From Bacteroidota bacterium (lineage in GTDB: Bacteria > Bacteroidota > Ignavibacteria > SZUA-365), in the NCBI GenBank assembly GCA_014860565.1, contig JACZJN010000068.1:23152-87151 (forward strand): DNA of 64,000 nucleotides, read 5' to 3'. Position numbers and translations under genes: made by a program. The notes under the pieces are model-generated. The model had not been told where the DNA came from. It made no database searches and saw only the letters and a list, made by a program, of their open reading frames with translations. This document shows, in pieces, positions 49,074-57,995 of the stretch. Numbering within the stretch: position 1 is the stretch's first letter; each line of letters opens with the position of its first letter.

Positions 49074-50681
49074 ATGCGGCTCTATCACACGCTCAGTTTC
49101 AAGCTCATCTCTCTTATTTTCTTCGCGCTGCTCGTGGTCACGCTCGGGGTGAGCTACGTGCATGTCGAGGCGCAGAGTTCGTTTCTCGAACGGACAGTGC
49201 ACCTCTGTGCCGAGCGGGCAAGCGCCTTCGCCAAAGCCGCCCTGCTCCAGGGAATGCAGGAAAACCACCCCGACGTTATTCGACAGACTATTTACGATAT
49301 CGGTGTCGCGCGTGGAATCGAGCGCATCAGCATCTACGACAAGAACGGTCGGATCGCCTACTCCTCGGCGCTCGCCGAAGTAAACCGCGTCGTCGACACC
49401 AAGGATCTTGCCTGCGCACCCTGTCATGGCGAAAGTTCGGATTTCACGCAAACGAGCAGCGAAGAATTCATGCGCATCTACGATTCCGATCAGGGACATC
49501 GCGTGCTCGGACTGATCACCCCGATCAAGAACATGCCGTCCTGCGCCGACGCCGCCTGCCACGTGCACCCCGCCGAACAGACCGTCCTTGGCGTGCTCGA
49601 CGTGCACATGTCTCTCGCAAGCATCGACGCACAGGCTGCCAAGGTGCGTACAGTCGTGATACTCTCCTCCCTGCTTACATTTATCATCCTCGCTGCGGGT
49701 ACTGCTGTTTTTGTGTTCTTCTTCGTACACAAACCCGTCAAGTCTGTGATCGAGGGAACACATAAGCTCGCAACGGGAGATCTCGAGCATACCATCCCGC
49801 TCAAGCGCAAGGATGAGCTGGGACAGCTGGTCAAATCCTTCAACCGCATGGCCCACGAACTCGGGCGTACCAAGGGGCAGCTCGTCGAATGGTCGAATAC
49901 ACTCGAGGACAAGGTCGCCGCGAAAACCGAGGAACTCAACAAGGTACAGGCGCAAATCCTGCATATGGAAAAAATGGCGTCACTCGGAAAACTGAGTTCC
50001 GTCATCGCGCATGAACTCAACAATCCGCTCGCCGGGATTCTGACATATGCGCGTCTGATCGAGAAGCGGCTCGACAAACGTGAGCTTGACGAAGCGAAAT
50101 GCGCTGTGATGCAAAAGGATGTCGTGCTGATCGCCGAGGAGGCGCGTCGATGCGGCGATATCGTCAAAAACCTGCTCTTCTTCGCACGCGGACGCGAGGG
50201 CGAATACCGACAGGCAGATCTCAACGAGGTCATTGAGAAAACCATCAAGCTGGTACACCACAAGATCGATCTTTACGAAATCCGGCTCGAGGTGCATGTA
50301 CCCACCGAAACCGTGCTTGCGACCTGCGATCAGAATCAGATTCAGCAGGCGGTGCTCGCCATCATCATGAATGCGATCGAAGCGATGCCGGAGGGTGGCC
50401 GTCTGGCGGTTTCATTGTCCCATGATGAGACAAACGCCAGCATACGCGTCTCCGATACGGGCGTGGGAATTTCCGAATCCGATCAGCGCATGATTTTCGA
50501 ACCGTTCTTCACAACAAAGGAAGAAGGACACGGCACAGGGCTCGGCCTCTCCGTTGCCTATGGCATTATCCAGAGCCATGAAGGGCGCATCACCGTCGAC
50601 AGCACGCCTGGAAAGGGTGCGACGTTCACCATCATCATTCCCATTTTCGGTCCCGCTTCATATCGGCAGGAGAACGCATGA
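49074..50681 (+). CDS. Sensor histidine kinase with periplasmic domain carrying two c-type heme-binding motifs
   Basis: N-terminal TM helix, then a periplasmic region with CAPCH (CXXCH) and CADAACH (CX4CH, as in cytochrome c3). A second TM helix (VVILSSLLTFIILAAGTAVFVFFFV) is followed by HAMP, HisKA H-box SVIAHELNNPLAGI and HATPase G-boxes (SDTGVGI, GTGLGLS). Confidence 0.8.
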   Translation: MRLYHTLSFKLISLIFFALLVVTLGVSYVHVEAQSSFLERTVHLCAERASAFAKAALLQGMQENHPDVIRQTIYDIGVARGIERISIYDKNGRIAYSSALAEVNRVVDTKDLACAPCHGESSDFTQTSSEEFMRIYDSDQGHRVLGLITPIKNMPSCADAACHVHPAEQTVLGVLDVHMSLASIDAQAAKVRTVVILSSLLTFIILAAGTAVFVFFFVHKPVKSVIEGTHKLATGDLEHTIPLKRKDELGQLVKSFNRMAHELGRTKGQLVEWSNTLEDKVAAKTEELNKVQAQILHMEKMASLGKLSSVIAHELNNPLAGILTYARLIEKRLDKRELDEAKCAVMQKDVVLIAEEARRCGDIVKNLLFFARGREGEYRQADLNEVIEKTIKLVHHKIDLYEIRLEVHVPTETVLATCDQNQIQQAVLAIIMNAIEAMPEGGRLAVSLSHDETNASIRVSDTGVGISESDQRMIFEPFFTTKEEGHGTGLGLSVAYGIIQSHEGRITVDSTPGKGATFTIIIPIFGPASYRQENA

Positions 50682-52036
50682 CCGCCTTTGATCCCTCGGA
50701 TATCACCATCATGATCGTCGACGATGAACCCAGCGTACGGCAATCGCTGGCCGCCTGGTTCGAGGATGACGGCTACTCCATTGTCACCGCACAAAATGCA
50801 GCCGAAGCCCTGCAATGCATGCAGGAACACAGCGTGGACATCATTCTTCTCGACATCAAGATGCCTGGCATGGATGGACTCGCTCTGCAGGACAGAATCC
50901 GGGAATTCAACCAGCAAGTCATCATCATCATCATCACGGCGTTTGCTACGGTCGACACCGCGGTACGAGCACTCAAAGCCGGTGCCTTTGACTATACGAC
51001 GAAGCCGGTCGATCCCGACGAACTATCTCACCTGGTGCTGAACGCCGTTGATAAAATCCGATTGCAGCGCGAGAACCTCGCCCTGCGCGAGAGCATCGAC
51101 CATCTGCAGTTCGTTGACGACATCATAGGCGAAAGCGGTCCGATGCAGCAGGTACTCGAACTGGTCAAAACGGTGGCTCCGACGGATTCCACTGTGCTGA
51201 TATTGGGAGAAAGCGGCACCGGGAAGGAACTCATCGCGCGGGCCATTCACATGAACAGCCGGCGGCGCTACTTCCCCATCATCCCGGTCAACTGCGGCGC
51301 ATTGCCCGAATCCCTGCTCGAAAGCGAATTATTCGGTCACGAGAAGGGTGCCTTTACCGGTGCCCAGTACCGCCGCAAGGGCAAATTCGAAATGGCGCAG
51401 GGCGGATCGCTGTTTCTCGATGAAATCGGAACCCTGAGCCTGAAATCACAGATCGACCTGCTCCGCGTGCTCGAAGACCGCGAATTTCATCGGCTCGGCG
51501 GCGAGCGCACGGTGAAAGCAGATTTTCGCCTTATCTGCGCGACAAACGTGGACCTGGAAAAGGAAGTAAAAAGCGCCGTTTTCCGGGAGGATTTATACTA
51601 TCGCGTGAACGTATTCACCATTACCCTTCCACCTCTGCGTGAACGACGTGCAGACATTCCCCTGCTTGCTTCGCACTTCGTGGAGCGCCACGCGCGTTCG
51701 ATGAACCGCCCGGCGCCGGAACTGAGTTCAGAAGCGATGGACGTGCTGCTCACACATGACTGGCCCGGCAATGTCCGTGAGTTGGAAAACGCGATCGAAC
51801 GTGCGGTGGTGATCAACAAAACCGGCATCATCACGCCGGATGATCTGCCCGTTCAGGTGGGGAGAAACAGCGTTCCACCGCGCGGGTCCTCGCTCTCCGA
51901 AATGGAGGAAGAGCATATCAGTCATATGCTGGAAGAGAACAACTGGAATATCTCGCGGACAGCAGAGAAATTGGGCATAGACCGCGTCACGCTCTACAAT
52001 AAAATCGAAAAGTACGGTCTGAAGCGTCCAGAATAA
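50678..52036 (+). CDS. Sigma-54-dependent Fis-family response regulator (NtrC-like)
   Basis: Overlaps the kinase gene by ATGA. REC domain (IMIVDDEPSV...LDIKMPGMDG). Walker A GESGTGKE. GAFTGA motif. C-terminal HTH TAEKLGIDRVTLYNKIEKY. Confidence 0.85.
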   Translation: MTAFDPSDITIMIVDDEPSVRQSLAAWFEDDGYSIVTAQNAAEALQCMQEHSVDIILLDIKMPGMDGLALQDRIREFNQQVIIIIITAFATVDTAVRALKAGAFDYTTKPVDPDELSHLVLNAVDKIRLQRENLALRESIDHLQFVDDIIGESGPMQQVLELVKTVAPTDSTVLILGESGTGKELIARAIHMNSRRRYFPIIPVNCGALPESLLESELFGHEKGAFTGAQYRRKGKFEMAQGGSLFLDEIGTLSLKSQIDLLRVLEDREFHRLGGERTVKADFRLICATNVDLEKEVKSAVFREDLYYRVNVFTITLPPLRERRADIPLLASHFVERHARSMNRPAPELSSEAMDVLLTHDWPGNVRELENAIERAVVINKTGIITPDDLPVQVGRNSVPPRGSSLSEMEEEHISHMLEENNWNISRTAEKLGIDRVTLYNKIEKYGLKRPE

Positions 52037-52578
52037 TGTCCGGCGTGAGGGAAGTCACCGTCATACCGCTGGGCACACATCCGCGCGATGTGTCTCTTGA
52101 AGAGCTGCGATCCGGCATCGAGCAGATTCTGCCCGTCCGCATCACCATCAGGCCTCGACCGGTTGACATAGACTCGGCGCTCGACGCCTCCCGCAAGCAA
52201 TACCACTCCACATCCGTTCTCGCACTCCTCCTGCAGCAGGCCGAGCCGCACACCGAACGCCTTCTCGGCATCACCCCATATGACCTGTTTGTCCCGGTGC
52301 TGACATTCGTGTTCGGCCAGGCGCAGCTCAACAACCTCGCTGCCGTATTCTCCACATTCCGACTGCACAACGAATTCTACGGAATCCCGCGTTCCGGGGA
52401 ACAGCTTGCCGCACGCTGTTTGAAAGAAGCGCTGCACGAACTCGGTCACACCTTCGGCCTGCGGCACTGCATCGATCATCCCTGCGTGATGAATTCCTCC
52501 ACCTACGTCGAGGATATCGATTTGAAGCCTGCGGATTTCTGTTTGCCTTGCCGCGAACATCTGGAAATCGTACTATAA
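52036..52578 (+). CDS. Archaemetzincin-family zinc metallopeptidase (peptidase M54)
   Basis: HELGHTFGLRHCIDHPCVM matches the archaemetzincin HExxHxxGxxHCxxxxCxM signature. Its start codon overlaps the regulator stop codon (TAATG). Confidence 0.75.
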   Translation: MSGVREVTVIPLGTHPRDVSLEELRSGIEQILPVRITIRPRPVDIDSALDASRKQYHSTSVLALLLQQAEPHTERLLGITPYDLFVPVLTFVFGQAQLNNLAAVFSTFRLHNEFYGIPRSGEQLAARCLKEALHELGHTFGLRHCIDHPCVMNSSTYVEDIDLKPADFCLPCREHLEIVL

Positions 52579-52628
52579 GGGAAGTTCAGGGAGAACACCC
52601 GTTTTTTCGACATATCCAGGGAGACATC

Positions 52629-53987
52629 ATGAGCACCTCATGGTTATTTCGCATGTGCCTTTTCGGTGCATGCACCGCCCTTCAGTGCATTCCTTCCGCG
52701 GCCCAACCATGGCATTACGATTTCGGAAATGCCACAGGCACTCATGCGAGCGGCGTCAGCACTTCATTCATGCCATCCCCTCCTTCGGGAAGTGCACGTG
52801 TGCGCATAGGATCGCAGGGCGGGAGTCTGCAACTCCTCAATCCCGGCGATTCCCGTCTGGGCAGCGCGTCCGAGGCCAGGCTGACCGCACCGACCGGATC
52901 ATCGCTGAACAAGATTCAGTGGCACGATTTCGACGGATCACGATGCTTCACACTGCAGACGTGGATCTCGATCGGGGGAGGACCGGGCGACGTGTATTTC
53001 TTCTGTGGAAACGGCAGCTGCTTCAGCGACAATGTCGGTTTTTCGTCGAGCCAGATATTCGCGGGACTGAGGTGGCGCCAGGACAGCAGCGGACTCAGTT
53101 TCTCCATACGAAGCAGCACGGGATGGACTGCGATCACACCTGCGCCGATGCGGACTGACAGCGTGCATCTTCTTGAGGTATACGTCAATAACTCATTCAA
53201 TAGCAACAGTTATACCCGCAGCGGTTCATACACCGCTGCCCCCCTATCCTGCGACATCTGGATCGATGGCGCCCTCGTCGCAGACGATCATCCGGGAGCA
53301 GGTCTGTCCGATAGTCTTGACATCGACTCGTTCATGTTCTACATGGCCGCGAGTCCATCCAACGACTGCACCCTCGCACTGGACGATATCACGTTCACGA
53401 ACAGCATCGCCGTGCAGCCCCTCCCCGTCGAGCTGAGCGCATTCGAGGCACGTCTCCGCGACAGGCAGGTGTGGCTGCGGTGGCGCACGGAGACGGAAAT
53501 GCAGAATTTCGGGTTCGAAATTCAGCGTTCGCGAGCATCGGGAGGTTGGGATATCCTGGGCTTTGTTCCGGGCGACGGCGACAGGCAATCGCCCCGCTGG
53601 TACGAATGGACGGACACGCTGGGAAGTGAATCCGGTAAACTGAGATACAGGCTGCGGCAGATCGACCGCGATGGCAGCAGCACTCTTTCCGAGGAAACCG
53701 TTATTGAAGCGATCAGCACCGACCATGGTCTTCTTCTAGCTCCTCCCTGGCCGAATCCCGCGAGGGATGTTGTCACGTTGCCCATCGTCGCGCCTCACGA
53801 CGGCATTGTCCAAATAGAGATTATCTCGCTCGCAGGTACGCAGGCTGCGATCCTGCCCGCCGTGCGCCTCCTCCCAGCCGGCGCGCAGGATCTGCGCCTG
53901 TCCTGCGGGCATTTGTCCCGCGGTATGCATCTGATTACCGTTCGCAGCGGAGGTGAAATGCGATCCCGACTCCTGCTGCTGATCTGA
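52629..53987 (+). CDS. Secreted protein of unknown function with T9SS C-terminal sorting domain
   Basis: The start is taken at the ATG at 52629 (MSTSWLFRMCLFGACTALQCIPSAAQ signal peptide). The C-terminus LAPPWPNPARDVVTLPIVAPHDGIVQIEIISLAGTQAAILPAVRL...HLITVRSGGEMRSRLLLLI is a T9SS CTD. Confidence 0.65.
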   Translation: MSTSWLFRMCLFGACTALQCIPSAAQPWHYDFGNATGTHASGVSTSFMPSPPSGSARVRIGSQGGSLQLLNPGDSRLGSASEARLTAPTGSSLNKIQWHDFDGSRCFTLQTWISIGGGPGDVYFFCGNGSCFSDNVGFSSSQIFAGLRWRQDSSGLSFSIRSSTGWTAITPAPMRTDSVHLLEVYVNNSFNSNSYTRSGSYTAAPLSCDIWIDGALVADDHPGAGLSDSLDIDSFMFYMAASPSNDCTLALDDITFTNSIAVQPLPVELSAFEARLRDRQVWLRWRTETEMQNFGFEIQRSRASGGWDILGFVPGDGDRQSPRWYEWTDTLGSESGKLRYRLRQIDRDGSSTLSEETVIEAISTDHGLLLAPPWPNPARDVVTLPIVAPHDGIVQIEIISLAGTQAAILPAVRLLPAGAQDLRLSCGHLSRGMHLITVRSGGEMRSRLLLLI

Positions 53988-54064
53988 TTGAACTTCGACG
54001 CTTCACCCGTTGAGCCCGCTTTCTCCCCGCTTCAAAGCGATGCGTGTGCCAACGCGTGCCCTCC

Positions 54065-54131
54065 GTGATGCATTATTTCCAGCTTCCGAACGGAAGTGCA
54101 TTCTCCCGGAAATAATGCATCACGGTTTTTT
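54065..54131 (+). terminator. Hairpin terminator (16-bp perfect inverted repeat with a nested inner palindrome) followed by a T7 run
   Basis: gtgatgcattatttcc (54065-54080) pairs with ggaaataatgcatcac (54108-54123). The loop contains the palindrome cttccgaacggaag. Followed by ggttttttt. Confidence 0.55.
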
Positions 54132-54134
54132 TCT

Positions 54135-54190
54135 TGACAACAGCCGCCCAATGTATTATGTTTATCCACACAGTTTAACCATATGGTTAA
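54135..54190 (+). promoter_or_regulatory. Putative sigma-70-type promoter (TTGACA-N16-TATGTT) plus perfect 16-bp palindromic operator TTAACCATATGGTTAA immediately upstream of the TetR gene
   Basis: TTGACA at 54135-54140. The palindrome ttaaccatatggttaa at 54175-54190 lies between the -10 region and the TetR start (54208), the classic TetR autoregulatory operator position. Confidence 0.45.
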
Positions 54191-54207
54191 TCTATTTGGT
54201 AAACATC

Positions 54208-54840
54208 ATGGCAAGTACAACATTTTCAGAGACCGAGCTTCAGATCCTGGCTGCCGCGCTCGAGGAGTTCAGTATGCACGGCAGGCAGGGTGCGCGTATG
54301 CAGTGCATCGCAGACCGTGCCGGCCTGAACAAAGCCCTTCTGCACTATTACTTTCGCAGCAAGGACCGCCTGTATGAGGAAGTGTTCACCTACGTGTTTC
54401 ACACCTATTTCTTTCAGCTCGCCGATACGCTGCGCGCGGAAGGCGACTTCCCTACCGTGCTTCGCGCGTTCATTCACCGGTATGTCGATATGCTGAATGA
54501 AAATCCCGCCCTGCCGATGTTCCTGCTGCGCGAGGTGGCTGAAGGTGCGCCGGTGTTCAGCCGCCGTCTCCCCGAAATCGTACAGGCGAATCCGCTGGGA
54601 ATGCCGAAGCTGCTGCTGGCGTTATTCGAGGAAAGCAGCCGAAGCGGCGAATCGCGGAAGACGGATCCGTTTCAGACATTGATATCGATCATGGGCGCCT
54701 GCATCTATTTTTTTGCGGGATTCCCGATTTTCTCCACACTGATACCGGAACTCAGGGATCGGCGGGATCAGCTGATCGAAGAACGGAAGGATCATATTTT
54801 CGAACTTGTGTATTACGGACTCAAACCCCGAACGGAGTAA
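54208..54840 (+). CDS. TetR/AcrR-family transcriptional regulator (CecR/YbiH-like position)
   Basis: N-terminal HTH ILAAALEEFSMHGRQGARMQCIADRAGLNKALLHYYFRSKDRLYEEVF. The start is taken at the ATG at 54208. Confidence 0.8.
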   Translation: MASTTFSETELQILAAALEEFSMHGRQGARMQCIADRAGLNKALLHYYFRSKDRLYEEVFTYVFHTYFFQLADTLRAEGDFPTVLRAFIHRYVDMLNENPALPMFLLREVAEGAPVFSRRLPEIVQANPLGMPKLLLALFEESSRSGESRKTDPFQTLISIMGACIYFFAGFPIFSTLIPELRDRRDQLIEERKDHIFELVYYGLKPRTE

Positions 54841-54844
54841 TTTC

Positions 54845-56161
54845 ATGACACGTACAGTCATATTCATACTGTTGCTGGGTGTCCCTTTCCTCGGCAACGT
54901 CCCCGGACTCCGGGCGCAACGCATGCTCAGCCTTGAGGAAGCGCAGCAACGGGCGCACGATCATGCGGAGGAAGTCAAGATCGCGCGCCTCGAAGTGGAA
55001 CACGCCGAGCGCGGCGTCGACATTGCACGAACTCAGCGCCTGCCGCGTCTCGATCTGACTGCCTCGTACACCCACATCAGCGAAACCGGCGGCATCGATC
55101 TGGCCATTCCCGGACTGATTTCCCGCAGCATTCGCTTCGGGGACGGCAACGTGTACGAAAGCGCGATAACCGCGAGTGTGCCGCTTTTCACCGGCTTTCG
55201 CCTGGAAACGGGACAGCGCATGCAGGAAGCGCAGGTCGCCATTACCGGTGCGCAATTGAAGGGGACAGAAACCTCTCTGCACAATCGCGTCGCCATCGCC
55301 TACCGCCAGGCACAATTGGCTCTGCGTTCGCGGAGGATTTACGAAGAACAGCTGCAGTATCTCGGCGCGCAGCTCGATCTGCTCAAGAAGCTGCAGGCAC
55401 AGGGACAGATTCTGCCCTACGATACATTGCTGCTTTCCACGCGCATGAGCGCGCTTCGAGTCGAACGCGCCTCCGCCCATTCCGCGTATCGCAATGCGCG
55501 TCTGACGGTTGCCGATTTCGGAGATCTCGATCCCGATTTCGATGTCTCCTCCGACGTCAGCGTCACCTCGACGCTGCCGATCGAGGATGAGGAGGCGCTT
55601 CTGCAGGCCGCTCTTCTGCAGCGGAGCGATCTCGCCGTACTGAGAGAAATGAAAGCTCTGGGTGACCAGCGCGTGCGCGCGGAGAAAGCCGCGTATCTCC
55701 CCGCTCTTTCGGCCTTTGCTTCGTATCGCTATGGGAAACCGGGGGTCGACCAGGTGTCCAACGCGTGGATGAACTACTACACCGCCGGCCTCGCCCTGCA
55801 GTGGAACCTGTGGTCGTGGGGCGGCGATCGCGGCCGCGTCGATCAGCAGGAAATCCAACGACAGGAGACAGACCTGCGCTACGCACGCCTCGAACGTCAG
55901 CTCCGCACGAATATCCGCAGCTTGCGCAACGATCTTGGCGTCCTCGCGGAAACGCGTGCCATGCTCGACGATCAGGTGCGGCAGGAAAGCGTCAAACGCG
56001 ACCTGCTGCAGGCCCGCCTCTCGCAAGGTCTGGCGACGGCGACTGAACTCGTCGACGCGGAAACCGCCCGTACCACGGCTCTGCTCCGCCGCGAGCAGAG
56101 CGACATCCAGTACCTGATAAAACTCACCGAACTCGCGAATGTAATCGGCAAGGACATATAG
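54845..56161 (+). CDS. TolC-family outer-membrane efflux protein
   Basis: Signal peptide MTRTVIFILLLGVPFLGNVPGLRAQ. Two OEP repeats with coiled-coil-rich helical regions. Length is typical, about 440 aa. Confidence 0.8.
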   Translation: MTRTVIFILLLGVPFLGNVPGLRAQRMLSLEEAQQRAHDHAEEVKIARLEVEHAERGVDIARTQRLPRLDLTASYTHISETGGIDLAIPGLISRSIRFGDGNVYESAITASVPLFTGFRLETGQRMQEAQVAITGAQLKGTETSLHNRVAIAYRQAQLALRSRRIYEEQLQYLGAQLDLLKKLQAQGQILPYDTLLLSTRMSALRVERASAHSAYRNARLTVADFGDLDPDFDVSSDVSVTSTLPIEDEEALLQAALLQRSDLAVLREMKALGDQRVRAEKAAYLPALSAFASYRYGKPGVDQVSNAWMNYYTAGLALQWNLWSWGGDRGRVDQQEIQRQETDLRYARLERQLRTNIRSLRNDLGVLAETRAMLDDQVRQESVKRDLLQARLSQGLATATELVDAETARTTALLRREQSDIQYLIKLTELANVIGKDI

Positions 56162-56172
56162 GAGACGAATTC

Positions 56173-57063
56173 ATGAACCTGCGCATACTCCCCGCGCTTC
56201 CCTTCCTGCTGCTGCTGGCGGCATGCTCGGATGGAAACGAGATGGAAACCACTTTCACCGGCATCATGGATGCCAACACCGTGCGCGTCAGCGCTGAAAC
56301 TCCCGGGCGCGTGCTCTCGCTGTACGTGGACGAAGGCGATGCGATCACTCGGGACAGCGTCCTCGCCATCATTGAGACAGAGCGTCTCGGATATCAGCTC
56401 GATCAGAACGATGCCATGATGGCGGAACTGCAGCATCAGCTTACCGCATCCGAGTCTCGCCTCCGTGCTGCTCGTGTGCAGCGGGATAACGTGGCGAAGA
56501 AGTATGAACGCTTCAAGACGCTGCTCTCGCAGCAGGCCGCCACCCAGCAAATGGTGGACGATCTGAAGACACAGCTCGAGTCCACCGATGATGAACTCGC
56601 TGCCGCTGAGGCTGCGATGGGGGCGCTGCGGAGCAAGCGTTCACAGATCGAGTCCGGCAGCGACATCGTCCGCAAGCAGCAGCGCGATGGCAGCATTACT
56701 GCTCCGCTCACAGGACGTGTACTCGTGCGCTACACCGAAGAGGGCGAATTCCTCGGCATTGGGGCGCCGCTATTCGACGTCGCGAATCTCCGAGATATGT
56801 GGACGCGCATCTATGTATCGGAAAAGCAGCTCCCCTCCGTTCGCCTCGGACAGGAGGTGCGCGTCGAGGTCGACGGCTCCGACGCATCGTTTACCGGGCG
56901 GGTCAGCTGGATCTCCGACAAAGCGGAATTCACACCCAAGACCATTCTGACCGAGGAGACGCGGACGGCGCTCGTGTATCCCGTAAAGATTTCCGTGACC
57001 AACCGCGACGAAATACTGAAAATCGGAATGCCCGTCACCGTGCACGTGGAAAAGGGAGCGTAA
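56173..57063 (+). CDS. HlyD-family periplasmic adaptor subunit (lipoprotein, YbhG-like)
   Basis: Lipobox LLLAAC. Biotinyl/lipoyl-like beta-hairpins flank a coiled-coil (TGIMDANTVRVSAETPGRVLSLYVDEGDAI...ITAPLTGRVL). Confidence 0.8.
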   Translation: MNLRILPALPFLLLLAACSDGNEMETTFTGIMDANTVRVSAETPGRVLSLYVDEGDAITRDSVLAIIETERLGYQLDQNDAMMAELQHQLTASESRLRAARVQRDNVAKKYERFKTLLSQQAATQQMVDDLKTQLESTDDELAAAEAAMGALRSKRSQIESGSDIVRKQQRDGSITAPLTGRVLVRYTEEGEFLGIGAPLFDVANLRDMWTRIYVSEKQLPSVRLGQEVRVEVDGSDASFTGRVSWISDKAEFTPKTILTEETRTALVYPVKISVTNRDEILKIGMPVTVHVEKGA

Positions 57064-57995
57064 TGGACGCGCTGATCTCGGTTGAGCACTTTTCGAAATC
57101 CTACGGAAGCCAGAAAGCGGTTCAGGATCTGAGTTTCGAGATCCGCGGCGGCGAGTTGTTCGGCTTGATTGGCCCCGATGGCGCCGGGAAAACCACTACC
57201 ATGCGGACGCTGGTGACGCTGCTGCGGCCCGATTCCGGGACGATGCATGTCCAGGGATTCGATGTGAGCAAAGACATTCGGAATATCCGCTCGATCACTG
57301 GATACATGCCGCAGCGCTTCTCGCTGTACCCCGATCTTTCCGTGGACCAGAACCTGCGATTCTTCGCGGATCTTTTTGCTGTGCCGAAAAAGGAACTGGC
57401 CGCGCGGCTCGAGCGCCTGTACCATTTCAGCCGCCTGCAGCCCTTCGCCAATCGCTTGGCCGGACGGCTATCAGGCGGGATGAAACAGAAGCTGGCACTG
57501 AGCTGCACACTCATTCATAATCCCGTTCTGCTTGTGCTCGACGAACCAACGACAGGCGTCGACCCGGTCTCACGCAACGAATTTTGGAACATCCTCCGCG
57601 AACTGCGCGCACAGGGCGTCACCATCATCGTTTCCACGCCGTATATGGACGAGGCGCTCTTCTGCGATCGTATTGTGATCATGCACGAAGGCCGCGCCCT
57701 CGCCCAGGGCACGCCGGCAGCCTTGATTGAACAGATGCAACTTCCAATGTACGCGCTGCGCGATTCGGACGTCGTGATGCGCTTTGCCGTCATCGAACAG
57801 ACGCCAGGCGTGGTGTCGGTGCAGACCTTCGGAGACACGCTGCATATCACTGCCGAAATCGGCACCGACGAAGCGTCGCTTACGCGCAGTATCGCCGCGG
57901 CGCTGGGCCATGACGTCGTGCTCGAACCCATCGCTCCTTCCCTCGAGGACGTGTTCATTTCCCTGATCGAAAAGGAGACGCGGCATGCAACCTGA
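57063..57995 (+). CDS. ABC transporter ATP-binding protein (first of two; ABC-2/YbhF-like half)
   Basis: Walker A GPDGAGKTT. Signature LSGGMKQKL. Walker B LLVLDEPT. The start overlaps the HlyD stop (TAATG). Confidence 0.85.
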   Translation: MDALISVEHFSKSYGSQKAVQDLSFEIRGGELFGLIGPDGAGKTTTMRTLVTLLRPDSGTMHVQGFDVSKDIRNIRSITGYMPQRFSLYPDLSVDQNLRFFADLFAVPKKELAARLERLYHFSRLQPFANRLAGRLSGGMKQKLALSCTLIHNPVLLVLDEPTTGVDPVSRNEFWNILRELRAQGVTIIVSTPYMDEALFCDRIVIMHEGRALAQGTPAALIEQMQLPMYALRDSDVVMRFAVIEQTPGVVSVQTFGDTLHITAEIGTDEASLTRSIAAALGHDVVLEPIAPSLEDVFISLIEKETRHAT

